Source of the DNA: an uncultured Heliobacteriaceae bacterium
GTDB taxonomy: Bacteria > Acidobacteriota > Blastocatellia > RBC074
Direction of reading: 5' to 3'
DNA: 64,000 bases
Assembly: GCA_964563495.1 (NCBI GenBank)
Contig: CAZLYK010000014.1
Location: 58 to 64,057, forward strand
The stretch's first letter is position 1. Every line of letters begins with the position of its first letter. Below, in pieces: positions 1 to 11,284 of this stretch. Position numbers and translations under genes: made by a program. The notes under the pieces were generated by a model that saw only the letters and a list, made by a program, of their open reading frames with translations, was not told the DNA's origin and made no database searches.

Positions 1-11
1 CGTACCCGGGC

Positions 12-2516
12 TCACTTCACCTTCCACTCCTGCAAACCCGCTGACCAGTTGGGCTGCATAGTCACTTCCAGGCGCAGACCGCTGGTCGTCACCGGCTTGA
101 AGCCGACCTGGTTGTACTGATCCCTCACGACGCCATAGGCGCGATTATTCTCAACGGGCTTCCACTCGTTGCCGTCTTTGTAGACGATGCGCCAGGATTG
201 CGGCACGCGCACTTCGCCCCGTCCCGTGTCGTCAAACCAGTAGACTTCGACTTCCGAGACGGTTGCCGGTTTCGCAAACGCGTACTCGACCCATTCGGTC
301 GAGCCCTTCCTCGGCCACCAGTCGAAATAAGAAGCCGGATCGTTCGACGCGGGCGGCTCTTCGCCATCGTTGATCATGCGCGGATCGCGTCTGGGCCTGT
401 TCGAGACCGTGACTGTACTGGTGGTGGCAATTGTCGGAAATGGGCGCGGTTTGGCGCTTGCTTCGCTGTTCGGCAGCCAGACCAGCATCTCGCCGCGCCC
501 GCGGTTGGCCCAGGCGAAATACGGGATCGCCGTGAAATCCTGTTCTCGTCTGATCAGCTTGCCCTCCGCGTCCAGCGACAGGCTGAATGCTCTGCCCTTG
601 ATGACCGTGACGCCGGTAAGCAGACCGGGTTTGAATTCAGCCGTCAGTCTCGCGCTGTCGGGCAGCGCGAGGTTGCGCACATGACCTTCCGGATTGTCCG
701 GCCATTCGGCACAATAGACGATCGGGCCGCGCTGCAACGCGACGCGCCCGCGATCCGCACCAACCTGGTCATTAGCGATAATGCGGCGCACCGGCATCGC
801 CATCAGTAATTCAATCACGTCGCCTTTCTTCCAGGCGCGGCTCAAACCAACGTAGCCTTTGTCGAGTTTGAGCGGGACTGACTTGCCGTTGACTTTGAGC
901 GTGACCGAATCGTTGACCGTCTCGGCAAAACGATAAAGATCGCTCGGCACGGCTTCGTTACGCGCCCAGCCCGGGATACGAACGTTGACGGTGAATGGCC
1001 CGGTTTTATCCGGATTGATCGTCACCCTGACCGCGCCATCCCAGGGGTAGCGCGTTGCTTGAGTCAGCCTCACCCTGCGGCCATTGTCCAATTGGATCTC
1101 CGCCTCACTCGCGACAAACAGGTTGAGGTAAAGCTTGTCGCCCTGCTGCGCATAGACGTAGCCGGGCACTGAGGCGATGAAGCGTGTCAAGTTGCCGGGG
1201 CAGCAGGCGACGCCGAACCAGGGGCTGCGCTGGTGCTGGCCATTTGATTCCAGCGGGTTGGGGTAGAAGAACGATTTGCCGTCGAGCGAGACGCCCGAAA
1301 TCAAACCGTTGTAGAGCGTGCGCTCCATGACGTCTATATAATTGGCGTCGGCGTGCAGCAGGAAGAGCCGGTAGTTCCAGTAATCGTTGCCGATGGCGGC
1401 ACAGGTTTCGTTGTAGGCGGTCATGTTCGGCAGCTCGAACGGACGCCCGAAAGCTTCGCCCGATCCCGTCGCGCCGATGCCACCGGTCAGGTAGAGCTTC
1501 CTTCCGACAACGTCTTCCCAAATCCTGTCAATCGCGTTGACGTACGAAACATCGCCTGTCAGCGCCGCCACGTCGGCCATCCCCGAATACATATAAGTTG
1601 CGCGCACCGCGTGGCCGACGGCTTCGGTCTGTTCAACGACTTTCCGGTGCGACTGGTTGTAGGTGCGTCCCGCGCCACGCGAACCGTCCGGTCCGCGTAC
1701 ATCGAGCATGAACTTCGCCAGGTTCAGGTACCGCGGATCGCCCGTCGCGCGGTAGAGTTTGGCCAGCCCCATCTCGGTGATCTGATGTCCGGGCCAGATC
1801 GACTGCTTGCCCGGACCGAAGGTCTGATCGAGCAGCTCCGCCGTCTTCAATGCGATCTCGAGCAGAGTGCGTTTGCCTGTCGCCTGGTAATGCGCAATCG
1901 CGGCTTCGTACAAATGCCCGAGGTTATACAGTTCGTGGCTGTCGACCTTCTCCAGTTCCCATCGCTGTTCGCCGGCCCAGCGGTGCGGGCTGGCCGGGTC
2001 AATCGTCCGCGCCGGATAGAGATAGCCGTCTTTCTCCTGCGCGGCGGCGATCTTTTCGATCAGGGAGTCGATGTAGGCTTCGAGCTTCGAGTCGGGATGA
2101 AGACTGAGCGTGTATGACGCGCCCTCGATCAGCTTGTAGATGTCCGTGTCGTCGAACGGATAGCCGGGGAGCTTTTTGTTTTTGATCTCTTCGCCGCGCA
2201 GCGCCGCAGCGGCCTGGAGGAAGTTGTTGACACGCCCGGTCTCCTCGCATTTTTCAAAGGCAAAGGGAATCGTCACCGTCCGGTTGATCTCGATGCGCGG
2301 AGCCCAAAATCCGTCGTTGAAATGCACGGCAGTGAACGGGACCGGTTTGACCGGATAATCACGCGGCGGCTGCACCGCACTCTCTGTCGACCCGCTCTTT
2401 TGCCCGGGCTTCGGTTGTTGTTGCGCTGCTGCGCTCTGGTCTGAGCGCCAGATGCCATAGGCTGCGAGCAGGGCGATGGCGATGACGACGCCAAAGTTCG
2501 TTGAAGTCCGCTTCAT
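12..2516 (-). CDS. Secreted glycoside hydrolase family 127 (DUF1680, beta-L-arabinofuranosidase-like) with C-terminal F5/8 type C (discoidin-like) module
   Basis: ORF 12..2531. The track start is TTG; the ATG at 2516 is preceded by GAGGA. N-terminal hydrophobic signal/anchor. GH127-like motifs HAVRATYMYSGMADVA, NETCAAIG and GVACCPGNLTRF. C-terminal ~130 aa discoidin-like (STEWVEYAF..VEVYWFDD..). Called from motif recognition only. Confidence 0.85.
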   Translation of the reverse strand: MKRTSTNFGVVIAIALLAAYGIWRSDQSAAAQQQPKPGQKSGSTESAVQPPRDYPVKPVPFTAVHFNDGFWAPRIEINRTVTIPFAFEKCEETGRVNNFLQAAAALRGEEIKNKKLPGYPFDDTDIYKLIEGASYTLSLHPDSKLEAYIDSLIEKIAAAQEKDGYLYPARTIDPASPHRWAGEQRWELEKVDSHELYNLGHLYEAAIAHYQATGKRTLLEIALKTAELLDQTFGPGKQSIWPGHQITEMGLAKLYRATGDPRYLNLAKFMLDVRGPDGSRGAGRTYNQSHRKVVEQTEAVGHAVRATYMYSGMADVAALTGDVSYVNAIDRIWEDVVGRKLYLTGGIGATGSGEAFGRPFELPNMTAYNETCAAIGNDYWNYRLFLLHADANYIDVMERTLYNGLISGVSLDGKSFFYPNPLESNGQHQRSPWFGVACCPGNLTRFIASVPGYVYAQQGDKLYLNLFVASEAEIQLDNGRRVRLTQATRYPWDGAVRVTINPDKTGPFTVNVRIPGWARNEAVPSDLYRFAETVNDSVTLKVNGKSVPLKLDKGYVGLSRAWKKGDVIELLMAMPVRRIIANDQVGADRGRVALQRGPIVYCAEWPDNPEGHVRNLALPDSARLTAEFKPGLLTGVTVIKGRAFSLSLDAEGKLIRREQDFTAIPYFAWANRGRGEMLVWLPNSEASAKPRPFPTIATTSTVTVSNRPRRDPRMINDGEEPPASNDPASYFDWWPRKGSTEWVEYAFAKPATVSEVEVYWFDDTGRGEVRVPQSWRIVYKDGNEWKPVENNRAYGVVRDQYNQVGFKPVTTSGLRLEVTMQPNWSAGLQEWKVK

Positions 2517-2609
2517 AATTGTTTTCCTCAAATAGCCCCTTTCCCAATTTCCAATCCGCCTCTCGCCAAGCCTGCCCGCCGGAGGCGCACGGACTCAGGG
2601 CGCTTTTCA

Positions 2610-4931
2610 TTACTGCTGTGCAGGCAACGCTGCCTGCGAATTCTGTTTCTTCGCCATCGTATTCCAATCGGGCGGCTCGACGCCGAGCAGGTGATGGACA
2701 AAGAAATCATTCCGCTTCTTTTCGCCGTACGAGCCGCCCGGTCCGTGATTCGCGCCGGGGATGACGAGCAGGTCAAACACCTTGTCGGCTTTGATCAGCG
2801 CGTTGACCACTTGCATTGTCGAGGCCGGATCAACGTTGGTGTCCATCTCGCCCAGGATCAGCAGGAGCTTGCCTTGCAGTTTATCTGCATTGTCTACATT
2901 CGAGGCAGCCGCATATTCCGGCCCGACGGGAGAGCCCATCCATTGCTCATTCCACCAAATCTTGTCCATGCGGTTGTCGTGACAGCCACAGGAAGAGACG
3001 CAGACCTTGTAGAACTCCGGGTGAAAGAGCATCCCGCCGAGCGAGTTCTGCCCACCGGCTGAGTTGCCGTAGATACCTACCCGGTTGATGTCGTAGTAGA
3101 GATACTTCGCCGCCACAGCCTTGTGCCACAGGATGCGATCCGGGAAGCCCGCATCTCCCAGGTTCTTCCACGCCACATCGTGAAAGGCCTTCGAGCGGTT
3201 CGACGTACCCATCCCGTCAATCTGAACGACCATAAACCCGAGTTCAGCGAGCGATTGCATCTGGTGATAGGGGCTGAAGGTTTTCGGCACGTGCGAACTG
3301 TGCGGCCCGGCGTAGATGTATTCGATCACCGGGTATTTTTTGAGCGGGTCGAAGTTAGAGGGCCGGAAGATAACGCCCCAGATTTCCGTTTTGCCATCGC
3401 GTCCGAGCGAGGTGAAGACTTCCGGCGCACGCCAGCCCGATCTGGTCAGTTCGCCGATGTCGGTGCGTTCAAGTTCGGCCAGGATTTTTTTGTCCGCCGT
3501 CAGCCGCAACTCAGACACAGTTGGCTGATCCACGCGCGACCACGTGTCCACGTAATACTTCATATCCGGCGAGAAGCTGACCACGTGATTGCCGTCGGCT
3601 TCGGTCAACGCGGTCAGGCCGGCGCCGTCAAAATTGACCCGGTAATAGTGGATCAGGTACGGATCTTTGCCGGGATACATGCCGCCGGCCTGAAACCAGA
3701 TTTGGCGCTTTTCTTCGTCCACCTTTTCTACGCCGCGGACGACCCACTCTCCCTTGGTGATCTGATTCTTGACCGCGCCGGTCACACCGTCGACAAGGTA
3801 CAGATGATTCCAGCCGTCGCGCTCCGACATCCAGATGACCTCTTTGCCATCTTTGACATCATAGCGATACTTCTTGCCCGAATAGCTGAAGAAGGTCTTC
3901 GGCTCTTCGCTGATGACGGCGCGCGGTCTGGCCGTCGCCGCGTCGACTTCGATGATGCGATATACCTCATGCCCGCGCTGATTGTATTCAAAGGTGAAGG
4001 CGCGGCTGTCCTTGCGCCATTCGATTCGCGAGAGTTGATACGGATTCGGGAAGAGCCCATTTTCAATCATGAACTGCTTCTTGCTCTCGACCCGAAAGAG
4101 CACGGGCTGCGGCAGATCCAGCGCATCGCCCGGTTTGGCGTAATCCATCGTATGGTATTTCGGCTGGATCTGATCGGCGGGTGAAGACTCGACATATTGA
4201 ATCTTACGATTGTAGCCGGGGCGCACACGATACGCGGCGATCATCTTTGAATCCGGCGACCAGACCAGTGAAGCGAGCGCGTAATAGTTCCCTTCCGATC
4301 CGTCGAAGCTCAGTGCAACCCCGTCTTTCCTACCTTTCGGCCGTACCCAGATGTTGAAGTTGTTGACCCACGCTTCCCAGTTGCCGTCGGGGGACGTCTT
4401 CGCCTCGGTTTGCGGGAAATTGTAGCGTGGACCCGGAAGCCCCATGCTCAGCGGGATGCCGCCGCCGCGGCGCTGCCCGCTCTCACCCGGCCCGCCCGGA
4501 GGAAGCTTCTTGACCGTGTAATCAGTCAAATCGCATCTCCACCGAGTTTCGCCAACGTTGAATTCGACGGATTTTTCGTTGTCCACAAAATTGATCTGCA
4601 AAAACGGCAGTTTCAGCCCGCTATATTTCTCACCCGTTGCTGTCGAAAGCGCCGCCGCCAGCCTTTCGTGATCGAAGGCGGGACGTTTGGCCGGTGTCTC
4701 GGCATCCACCAGCACAAACTCATTCCCGCCCTTGACGGCTTTGCGGTACCAGAAGCGGCTGGTCTTCCCGATCCATTCGGCTCGTTCAGGTAAATTGAAG
4801 GTCGCTCCCACGTACTTTTCGCGCAGGCTCCCCGCACGTTCGTAATCGGCCAGCGTTCCCTGCGCGTAGCCCGAGATTGTCAACAGCAGACAAACCGCGA
4901 TGATCGAGAAGCAGGTCAGTTTGCATTTCAT
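2610..4931 (-). CDS. Secreted dipeptidyl-peptidase IV / prolyl oligopeptidase family S9B serine peptidase
   Basis: ORF 2610..4970. ATG at 4931 follows GGAG. Signal peptide [26 protein letters not shown]-terminal DPP-IV-type propeller region, and a C-terminal alpha/beta-hydrolase with nucleophile elbow GNSAGG plus downstream Asp/His segments (GEMDTNV, GANHG). Confidence 0.85.
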   Translation of the reverse strand: MKCKLTCFSIIAVCLLLTISGYAQGTLADYERAGSLREKYVGATFNLPERAEWIGKTSRFWYRKAVKGGNEFVLVDAETPAKRPAFDHERLAAALSTATGEKYSGLKLPFLQINFVDNEKSVEFNVGETRWRCDLTDYTVKKLPPGGPGESGQRRGGGIPLSMGLPGPRYNFPQTEAKTSPDGNWEAWVNNFNIWVRPKGRKDGVALSFDGSEGNYYALASLVWSPDSKMIAAYRVRPGYNRKIQYVESSPADQIQPKYHTMDYAKPGDALDLPQPVLFRVESKKQFMIENGLFPNPYQLSRIEWRKDSRAFTFEYNQRGHEVYRIIEVDAATARPRAVISEEPKTFFSYSGKKYRYDVKDGKEVIWMSERDGWNHLYLVDGVTGAVKNQITKGEWVVRGVEKVDEEKRQIWFQAGGMYPGKDPYLIHYYRVNFDGAGLTALTEADGNHVVSFSPDMKYYVDTWSRVDQPTVSELRLTADKKILAELERTDIGELTRSGWRAPEVFTSLGRDGKTEIWGVIFRPSNFDPLKKYPVIEYIYAGPHSSHVPKTFSPYHQMQSLAELGFMVVQIDGMGTSNRSKAFHDVAWKNLGDAGFPDRILWHKAVAAKYLYYDINRVGIYGNSAGGQNSLGGMLFHPEFYKVCVSSCGCHDNRMDKIWWNEQWMGSPVGPEYAAASNVDNADKLQGKLLLILGEMDTNVDPASTMQVVNALIKADKVFDLLVIPGANHGPGGSYGEKKRNDFFVHHLLGVEPPDWNTMAKKQNSQAALPAQQ

Positions 4932-5123
4932 CGAATTTTTCTCCTCTGAAAGTGTCCGACAAGCTGGCAACTTGTCGGACAGCGCGCGCCGCGCTTTTCA
5001 TTGTTTCAGGGCGTCGCATTGCAACACGAGCGATCCCTTAGAAACCTCCAAGGAGCGCAGGCGTCCCCTTGCGCGCTTTGGAGGCCGGCTTGGCAACAAT
5101 CAGCTAGTTTGAAGTTATATCTT

Positions 5124-5160
5124 GTAAAATCCCGGACAAATCCTGTCAATCCTGTCTATT
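5124..5160. repeat. Solo arm of dispersed AATCCTGT-type repeat family (copy E1)
   Basis: gtaaaatcccggacaaatcctgtcaatcctgtctatt is closely related to the arms at 32164..32212, 42222..42247 and 60744..60773. Intergenic. Confidence 0.6.
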
Positions 5161-5381
5161 CATATCATGAATTCCCCGGCATACCTCGGTCTCGTCATGG
5201 TGACGAATGATCGACTCGCCGTCAGCTGATCAGGCGGGAGGAAAAACGAGGAATACTCGAAACCTGAAGCTGGATCCTGTCGTCCATGACGGAGATGACA
5301 GAACCAACAAAAACCAAGACTGAGGTTGGTAATTACTTTGTTGCAAATTATCCACCGTTCTCGCAATGGAGGAAAATAACT

Positions 5382-5792
5382 ATGAGACGCACTCTCCTAT
5401 CGACATTGGTTGTCGTGCTTCTGATTCTGGCGACCCCGGCCGCCGCTCAAAGGAACAAAAGTGAAAAAGAAAAATCACCGACCCCGGTGAAAACCCAGAA
5501 AGCGCCGGAAGGGGCGATGATTCAGAGTAACAATAAAGCTACTCTGAAGTCCGGGTATAAGTTCGTCAAGCAGTCCGACAATTCAGTAGCCGTGCAGCGT
5601 GCCAACAACAATATCACCGGGTCCTTCAGTTGTACCTGTCAGGGCCAGGGTGGAGGCACATGCTCGGTCTCGATCGAAAAAGAAGTGCTGGCTTGCATCG
5701 GCACATGCTCGGATTGCAGGTTCACTGTCGTTATCAATCCAGTGAAAGTCATGAAGGCCGAAAAGGCTGGAGGAAAAAAGACCAAGAACTGA
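5382..5792 (+). CDS. Small secreted Cys-rich hypothetical protein
   Basis: Internal ATG at 5382 with GGAGG 8 nt upstream. Signal peptide MRRTLLSTLVVVLLILATPAAAQ. C-terminal CTCQGQGGGTCS..ACIGTCSDC pattern. No recognisable family. Confidence 0.55.
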   Translation: MRRTLLSTLVVVLLILATPAAAQRNKSEKEKSPTPVKTQKAPEGAMIQSNNKATLKSGYKFVKQSDNSVAVQRANNNITGSFSCTCQGQGGGTCSVSIEKEVLACIGTCSDCRFTVVINPVKVMKAEKAGGKKTKN

Positions 5793-5814
5793 CGCGATTA
5801 GCGGAAATGGATGT

Positions 5815-5853
5815 GAGAGGCGGTGATGCACGATCGCATCCTGCCTCTCTTTC
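5815..5853 (+). terminator. Possible intrinsic terminator after the small secreted protein gene
   Basis: gagaggc(5815-5821)/gcctctc(5843-5849) 7-bp stem with an inner gatgc/gcatc stem, followed by only a short T tract (ttt). Lies 23 nt after the stop at 5790-5792. Confidence 0.4.
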
Positions 5854-6127
5854 CGTATCAACCGGCCCTTTTGTCGATAAAGCGCCGGGCCTTCAACTCA
5901 AAACGCGGGAGAGAATTCGGTGCGACCGTCTTGACCGGCACTCTGATACCGAATGCGCCGGACAACTCACGCCAAAGCTTAGGGACAATTGCATCTGAAT
6001 TGACCTCCACTGTCACCACCATCTCGTCCCACTCCCGATTTCGTGCGATTATCAGTCACGCGATCCAAATTATGGAAGGCACCGGCGCTCGTGGTTAAGG
6101 TATATTTCCAGCCCAAGGAGTTAAGGA

Positions 6128-7186
<1,059 letters not shown>

Positions 7187-7198
7187 GTACCTTATCGA

Positions 7199-7756
7199 TT
7201 AAGTTTTGTGGTGTTCGATCCATTTGACTTGGTAACGTCCGCCGCCAAACAAACTATAGTCAAAACATGCCCAGCCCGTCTGTCTTTTTCCCCACTGGTC
7301 ACCGACCACAAATTTAAAATACATCTCGCCTCGGCCGTGAAAACCGCCGAAAGGGCCGGTATCGAACCGGTGTTCGAAATCCAAAAGCTGGCACCCATTT
7401 TCCGCAGCCCAGAGGGAGAGGCGTTGTTGTGACTTTGCCAGATTCCTTTTCGCCCAGATCGCGTTCACAAATAAGCCTGCCAGAATGAAAATTGTGCCGG
7501 GAATAACCATCCATAATGGTGTTTTGAAGAAGTACCAGACAAAGGCGAAGAATGCTGCGCTTGTCAGACACGTCAGGATCATGGCTCTTGGAATGGAGTG
7601 TTTCACCCAGAAGACCTGCAGCAATAAGACGGACAACATGAAACCCGCACCGAGAATTATCATCCTGTCGGGAACCCCTATGTAATGACAGATGATGGCG
7701 GCGACAACAATCATGATTGCCATGACCACAGGAATTATTCGTTGTATCAAGTTCAC
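7199..7756 (-). CDS. Hypothetical integral membrane protein (4 predicted TM helices plus soluble C-terminal domain)
   Basis: GTG start at 7754-7756 with GGAG upstream. Strongly hydrophobic N-terminal 110 aa. No recognised family. Confidence 0.5.
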   Translation of the reverse strand: MNLIQRIIPVVMAIMIVVAAIICHYIGVPDRMIILGAGFMLSVLLLQVFWVKHSIPRAMILTCLTSAAFFAFVWYFFKTPLWMVIPGTIFILAGLFVNAIWAKRNLAKSQQRLSLWAAENGCQLLDFEHRFDTGPFGGFHGRGEMYFKFVVGDQWGKRQTGWACFDYSLFGGGRYQVKWIEHHKT

Positions 7757-7977
7757 GGTTTAGCTCCGAGTAAGCCCGCCGGCGGGATCGAAATTCAAGG
7801 CCTCACGGTCAAAGAATTTGCGATTATCATGCTGGATAGACTACATCAAGTTTTGTTTCAAGTTTGTCAGGTCGAACCCGGTGACCCTCCTCAATTCAAC
7901 AGCAAGAATCGGGGTGTCGGGGACAAAAATCGCTGTTATATTTCTTTCTGTAACGCGAATTGTTGAAAGGAACTGAG

Positions 7978-9057
7978 ATGAACAAGTCAGCAAAAACCAC
8001 GCGGCTCGCGGCCGCAACGGAGAACGATAGCCGCTGGACATCGATTGTCAACCGCGACCCTGAGGCAGACGGCAAATTCTTTTATTCGGTCAAAACCACC
8101 GGTGTCTACTGCCGCCCCTCTTGTGCCGCGCGTCTGGCGCGACCGGAAAACGTGCAATTCCATGCGACCTGCAAAGACGCCGAGAAGGCGGGGTTCCGTC
8201 CCTGCAAGCGTTGCAAGCCAAACGAGATTTCGCCGCCCGGACAACACGCCGCGAAAATTGCGGCCGCCTGCCGGTTGATCGAGGAGTCGGAGGAGGAGCC
8301 CAGTCTCGAAGAGCTGGCGAACCATGCGGGATTGAGCATTTATCATTTCCACCGCCTCTTCAAGGCAATGACGGGGCTGACGCCAAAAAAATACGCTGCC
8401 GCGCATCGCGCGAAGCTCGTGCGGAGCAAGCTCGGCAGGAGTAGTACGGTGACGGAAGCTATCTACGACGCCGGGTATAATTCGAGCGGACGATTTTACG
8501 CGACATCAAACGAGGTATTGGGTATGACACCTTCAAATTATCGTGGAGGCGGTGCTCGGACAGAGATCCGCTTTGCCGTCGGCGAATGCTCCCTGGGGTC
8601 GATTCTTGTCGCGCAGAGCGAGCGCGGGATTTGCGCCATTCTCCTCGGCGATGACCCGGACGCGCTGGCGCGCGATTTACAGGATCAGTTCCCAGAGGCC
8701 AATCTGATCGGCGGGGACGCCGAATTCGAACAGCTCGTCTCGAAAGTCGTTGGTTTTGTCGATGCTCCGGCGCTCGGATTGGATCTGCCTCTCGACGTGC
8801 AGGGGACAGCCTTTCAGCAGCGTGTCTGGCAAGCGCTGCGCAAAATTCCAGCCGGCTCGACCGCGAGCTATACCGAGATTGCTCGTCAAATCGGTTCGCC
8901 GCATGCGGTCAGGGCAGTCGCCCAGGCCTGCGGCGCAAATGTCTTGGCGGTGGCGATCCCTTGCCATCGTGTCGTGCGGAATGACGGCGCATTGTCGGGG
9001 TATCGCTGGGGCGTCGAGCGCAAGCGCACATTGCTTGAACGGGAGGGACAGGCATGA
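7978..9057 (+). CDS. ada: Bifunctional Ada: methylphosphotriester-DNA methyltransferase / AraC-type activator / O6-methylguanine-DNA methyltransferase
   Basis: ATG at 7978 after AAGGA. N-terminal Ada zinc domain (FFYSVKTTGVYCRPSCAAR..CKRCKP), AraC HTH (YHFHRLFKAMTGLTPKKY), and C-terminal MGMT active site IPCHRVV. Length (359 aa) is close to E. coli Ada. Confidence 0.9.
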   Translation: MNKSAKTTRLAAATENDSRWTSIVNRDPEADGKFFYSVKTTGVYCRPSCAARLARPENVQFHATCKDAEKAGFRPCKRCKPNEISPPGQHAAKIAAACRLIEESEEEPSLEELANHAGLSIYHFHRLFKAMTGLTPKKYAAAHRAKLVRSKLGRSSTVTEAIYDAGYNSSGRFYATSNEVLGMTPSNYRGGGARTEIRFAVGECSLGSILVAQSERGICAILLGDDPDALARDLQDQFPEANLIGGDAEFEQLVSKVVGFVDAPALGLDLPLDVQGTAFQQRVWQALRKIPAGSTASYTEIARQIGSPHAVRAVAQACGANVLAVAIPCHRVVRNDGALSGYRWGVERKRTLLEREGQA

Positions 9058-9080
9058 GAAGAAAATAGATCGGATTTCGA

Positions 9081-9620
9081 CTATCGCTGCATGATAATCT
9101 CCTGCGTGCAACGCCAGACGCCCTGCCGATCGCGCGTGAGCGGGCGGATGGAGAATGCGCTGCCTTCTTTGGCAGCGGCGCGAATGCGGTCGTCTAATGA
9201 CGGATCGCCTTCGAATACAATTTCAAAAACTCTCTCCTTGTAGCCCGGCGCGGTGACTACGTAATGGATGTGCGCCGGGATGCGATTGTTTGGATACGGC
9301 GCGGGTTTGATCGTGTTGTACTCGTAATAACCTTGGGCATCGGTGCGCATATAACCGCGCAGGCGCGGGTTGCGGTTGTCGTTGGTGTCGGGCGTGTAGA
9401 GCCCTTTCGCGTCGGTATGATAGACATAAACCGACGCACCGGCCAGAGGTGTCCTCCTCTCCGGTCCAAAAACCTTGCCCGAAACGATCAAACGCTCGCC
9501 GGGTTCATCTCTTGAAGTGATCGTGATTTTCGATGGCGCGTTCTTTTCAGCGACTTGCGGAGCCTGGATCGGGACGATCCATGACAGCGCAATCATGATC
9601 AGCAGGCAGATGTTTTTCAT
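9081..9620 (-). CDS. Secreted intradiol ring-cleavage dioxygenase-like protein
   Basis: ATG at 9620 after GAGGAG. Signal peptide [20 protein letters not shown]. Dioxygenase_C-type motifs ([45 protein letters not shown]). Confidence 0.7.
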   Translation of the reverse strand: MKNICLLIMIALSWIVPIQAPQVAEKNAPSKITITSRDEPGERLIVSGKVFGPERRTPLAGASVYVYHTDAKGLYTPDTNDNRNPRLRGYMRTDAQGYYEYNTIKPAPYPNNRIPAHIHYVVTAPGYKERVFEIVFEGDPSLDDRIRAAAKEGSAFSIRPLTRDRQGVWRCTQEIIMQR

Positions 9621-9713
9621 CTGTGACTCCTCAATTGCCTGGTGCAGTTGAGCACTCAGGGGAAAATCGGGGCTTTGATCATAATTTCGAGAAGAGCCCC
9701 AGCATCGCATTGG

Positions 9714-11111
9714 TCAGCCGGCGCCATGGCGAGCGAGTCTCTTGACCCGCTCGATGTAAGCCTGGACATCGAACTTCCGCGCACAACCCTGCGCTGACAT
9801 ATAGCGGATCAAGCCGAAGACGGGGCGCTGCGGACCCCAGGGGCGGTCGTGCTTGCCGCCGATGGCCCAGGCGATGCCGGTGTAGCCATTCGGGTCGCGC
9901 CCATCCAGTTCGTACCGGTCATTGAGTCTGACGGCAATCCCGAAGGCGTCTTCTGGCCCGGCGGTCCATTCGAGAATCTTCTTCGCCCAGTACATCCGCA
10001 GGTAGCCGTGCATTCGACCTGTGACCACCATTTCGAGCTGCGCCGCATTCCAGAGCGGGTCGTGCGTCTCGGCGGCTTCCAATTGCGCCTCTCGGTAGCG
10101 GTACGGACGCAGGTCTGCTGCGTGCTCGGCCAATGTTTTCCGCCCCCAATCAGGGCAGCCTGCCAGGCAATCGTACCGCGGGTTGCGCGCGACGTAGTTA
10201 ATCGCTAATTCGCGCCGGACGATCAACTCTTCCAGGAATGCGGCCTTTGCCGTCTCCGGCGCGTCCGCCTCACGCACAGCCAAGGCGATCGTTAAAGGAC
10301 CGAGCTGGCCGAAGTGCAGATATGCCGAAAGCTCGCTGGTCCCGGCGGCCTGGGGTTGATTGCGCGCCGTCTCGTAATCCGCCAGCCGTTGGTTGATGAA
10401 TCGCCTTAATTGGCGCAGACCTTCTGCCGTTCCACTTTTGAACTGGCTCACTGGCGCGGCGCTCCGATCCAGTGGTAGTTGATCAAGCAATCTTGCCGGA
10501 ACGATTTCTCGACTTCCCGGCCGGTCGTGCTCCGACCAGCGATATCGTGCCCTGGGATTGTCCGGCGGATGTAAGAAGATCGGTAGCAGTTTATCAAGTT
10601 TCGGGCGGATCGTCCGCGCTGCATACTCTTCTTTTGGAAAAAGTTTGCTCGGCACGACGACATCAGCATCCACTGTCCAGAACGGAACGACCAGTTTTTC
10701 GGCCGCGCTCCGCCGCCAACCTTCCGGCTCGCGCATTGGGTTTTCATCTCCGACGACCAGACATGGTTTGACCTCGTCGCAAAAGCGCAGCAGGTCGTGC
10801 TCAGGGTAGGGTCGAAAGACGAAAGCTGCTCCCCGCCCTTCGATCCTTCGCTTCGTCTCTTCCAGCCCCTCGACTAAAAAAGCGTAATGGCGCAGGTTGG
10901 CGTTGGGATACTTCGGATGCAGGCCGAAGAAGACCGCGATCGGGCGCTGCAACTCGTTGGCAGCCGCAATCGCCACGTCTAAGGCAGGGTTATCAACTCC
11001 CCGCTGGGCGCGCTGCATCCAGTAGACCACGCAGTCGCCGCCAGCCCCCGGCCTCCCGTCACGGCGCACAGTGACGCGGGGATTAGCCAGCAATTGCTCG
11101 ATTCCGTTCAA
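9714..11111 (-). CDS. phr: Deoxyribodipyrimidine photolyase, class II (CPD photolyase)
   Basis: 465 aa. TTG start preceded by GAGGGGG. Class II signatures VVYWMQRAQRGVDNPALD near the N-terminus and a C-terminal FAD-binding region (GRMHGYLRMYWAKKILEW..RYELDGRDPNGYTGIAWAIGGKHDRPW). Confidence 0.9.
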   Translation of the reverse strand: MNGIEQLLANPRVTVRRDGRPGAGGDCVVYWMQRAQRGVDNPALDVAIAAANELQRPIAVFFGLHPKYPNANLRHYAFLVEGLEETKRRIEGRGAAFVFRPYPEHDLLRFCDEVKPCLVVGDENPMREPEGWRRSAAEKLVVPFWTVDADVVVPSKLFPKEEYAARTIRPKLDKLLPIFLHPPDNPRARYRWSEHDRPGSREIVPARLLDQLPLDRSAAPVSQFKSGTAEGLRQLRRFINQRLADYETARNQPQAAGTSELSAYLHFGQLGPLTIALAVREADAPETAKAAFLEELIVRRELAINYVARNPRYDCLAGCPDWGRKTLAEHAADLRPYRYREAQLEAAETHDPLWNAAQLEMVVTGRMHGYLRMYWAKKILEWTAGPEDAFGIAVRLNDRYELDGRDPNGYTGIAWAIGGKHDRPWGPQRPVFGLIRYMSAQGCARKFDVQAYIERVKRLARHGAG

Positions 11112-11272
11112 TCGGTTCCCCCTCTTTGTCTTCCGCTCCCAGCAAATGCGCCGTCATGGCTGCCCGGTAGCGGTGTGATCCGCTCCAGATTGAAGGCATG
11201 ACTGAAGAAGGCAAAGGTCTCGCTCTGCAAGCGTGGGATCATTTGTCTATGTTCGAGCAAGTAGGTTCTCAT
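11108..11272 (-). pseudogene. 54-codon ORF resembling only the N-terminus of an SRPBCC (COG4276-like) protein; remnant or leader ORF overlapping the photolyase start
   Basis: ATG 11270-11272 to TGA 11108-11110 (below the track cut-off). It encodes MRTYLLEHRQMIPRLQSETFAFFSHAFNLERITPLPGSHDGAFAGSGRQRGGTD. The core xxFxFFSxxxNLERITP matches the N-terminal motif I recall for SRPBCC ligand-binding proteins, and homology ends after about 35 aa. Its stop overlaps the photolyase TTG start (TTGA). Confidence 0.35.
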
Positions 11273-11284
11273 CGTCTTCAATTC

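Noticed and set aside
3123-4184. Long antisense ORFs inside well-supported genes: 3123..4184, 6158..7165, 15403..16281, 24450..25214, 38730..39674, 51223..52353 and 62302..63255.
   Set aside because: All lie fully within, and opposite to, ORFs with strong family signatures. Their compositions are biased (R/A/G/P-rich) and none has an RBS or recognisable domain. I treated them as non-coding frames.
5286-5381. Upstream extension of the small secreted protein ORF (track start 5286).
   Set aside because: The internal ATG at 5382 has a GGAGG RBS and is followed immediately by a signal peptide. The 32-codon extension has neither.
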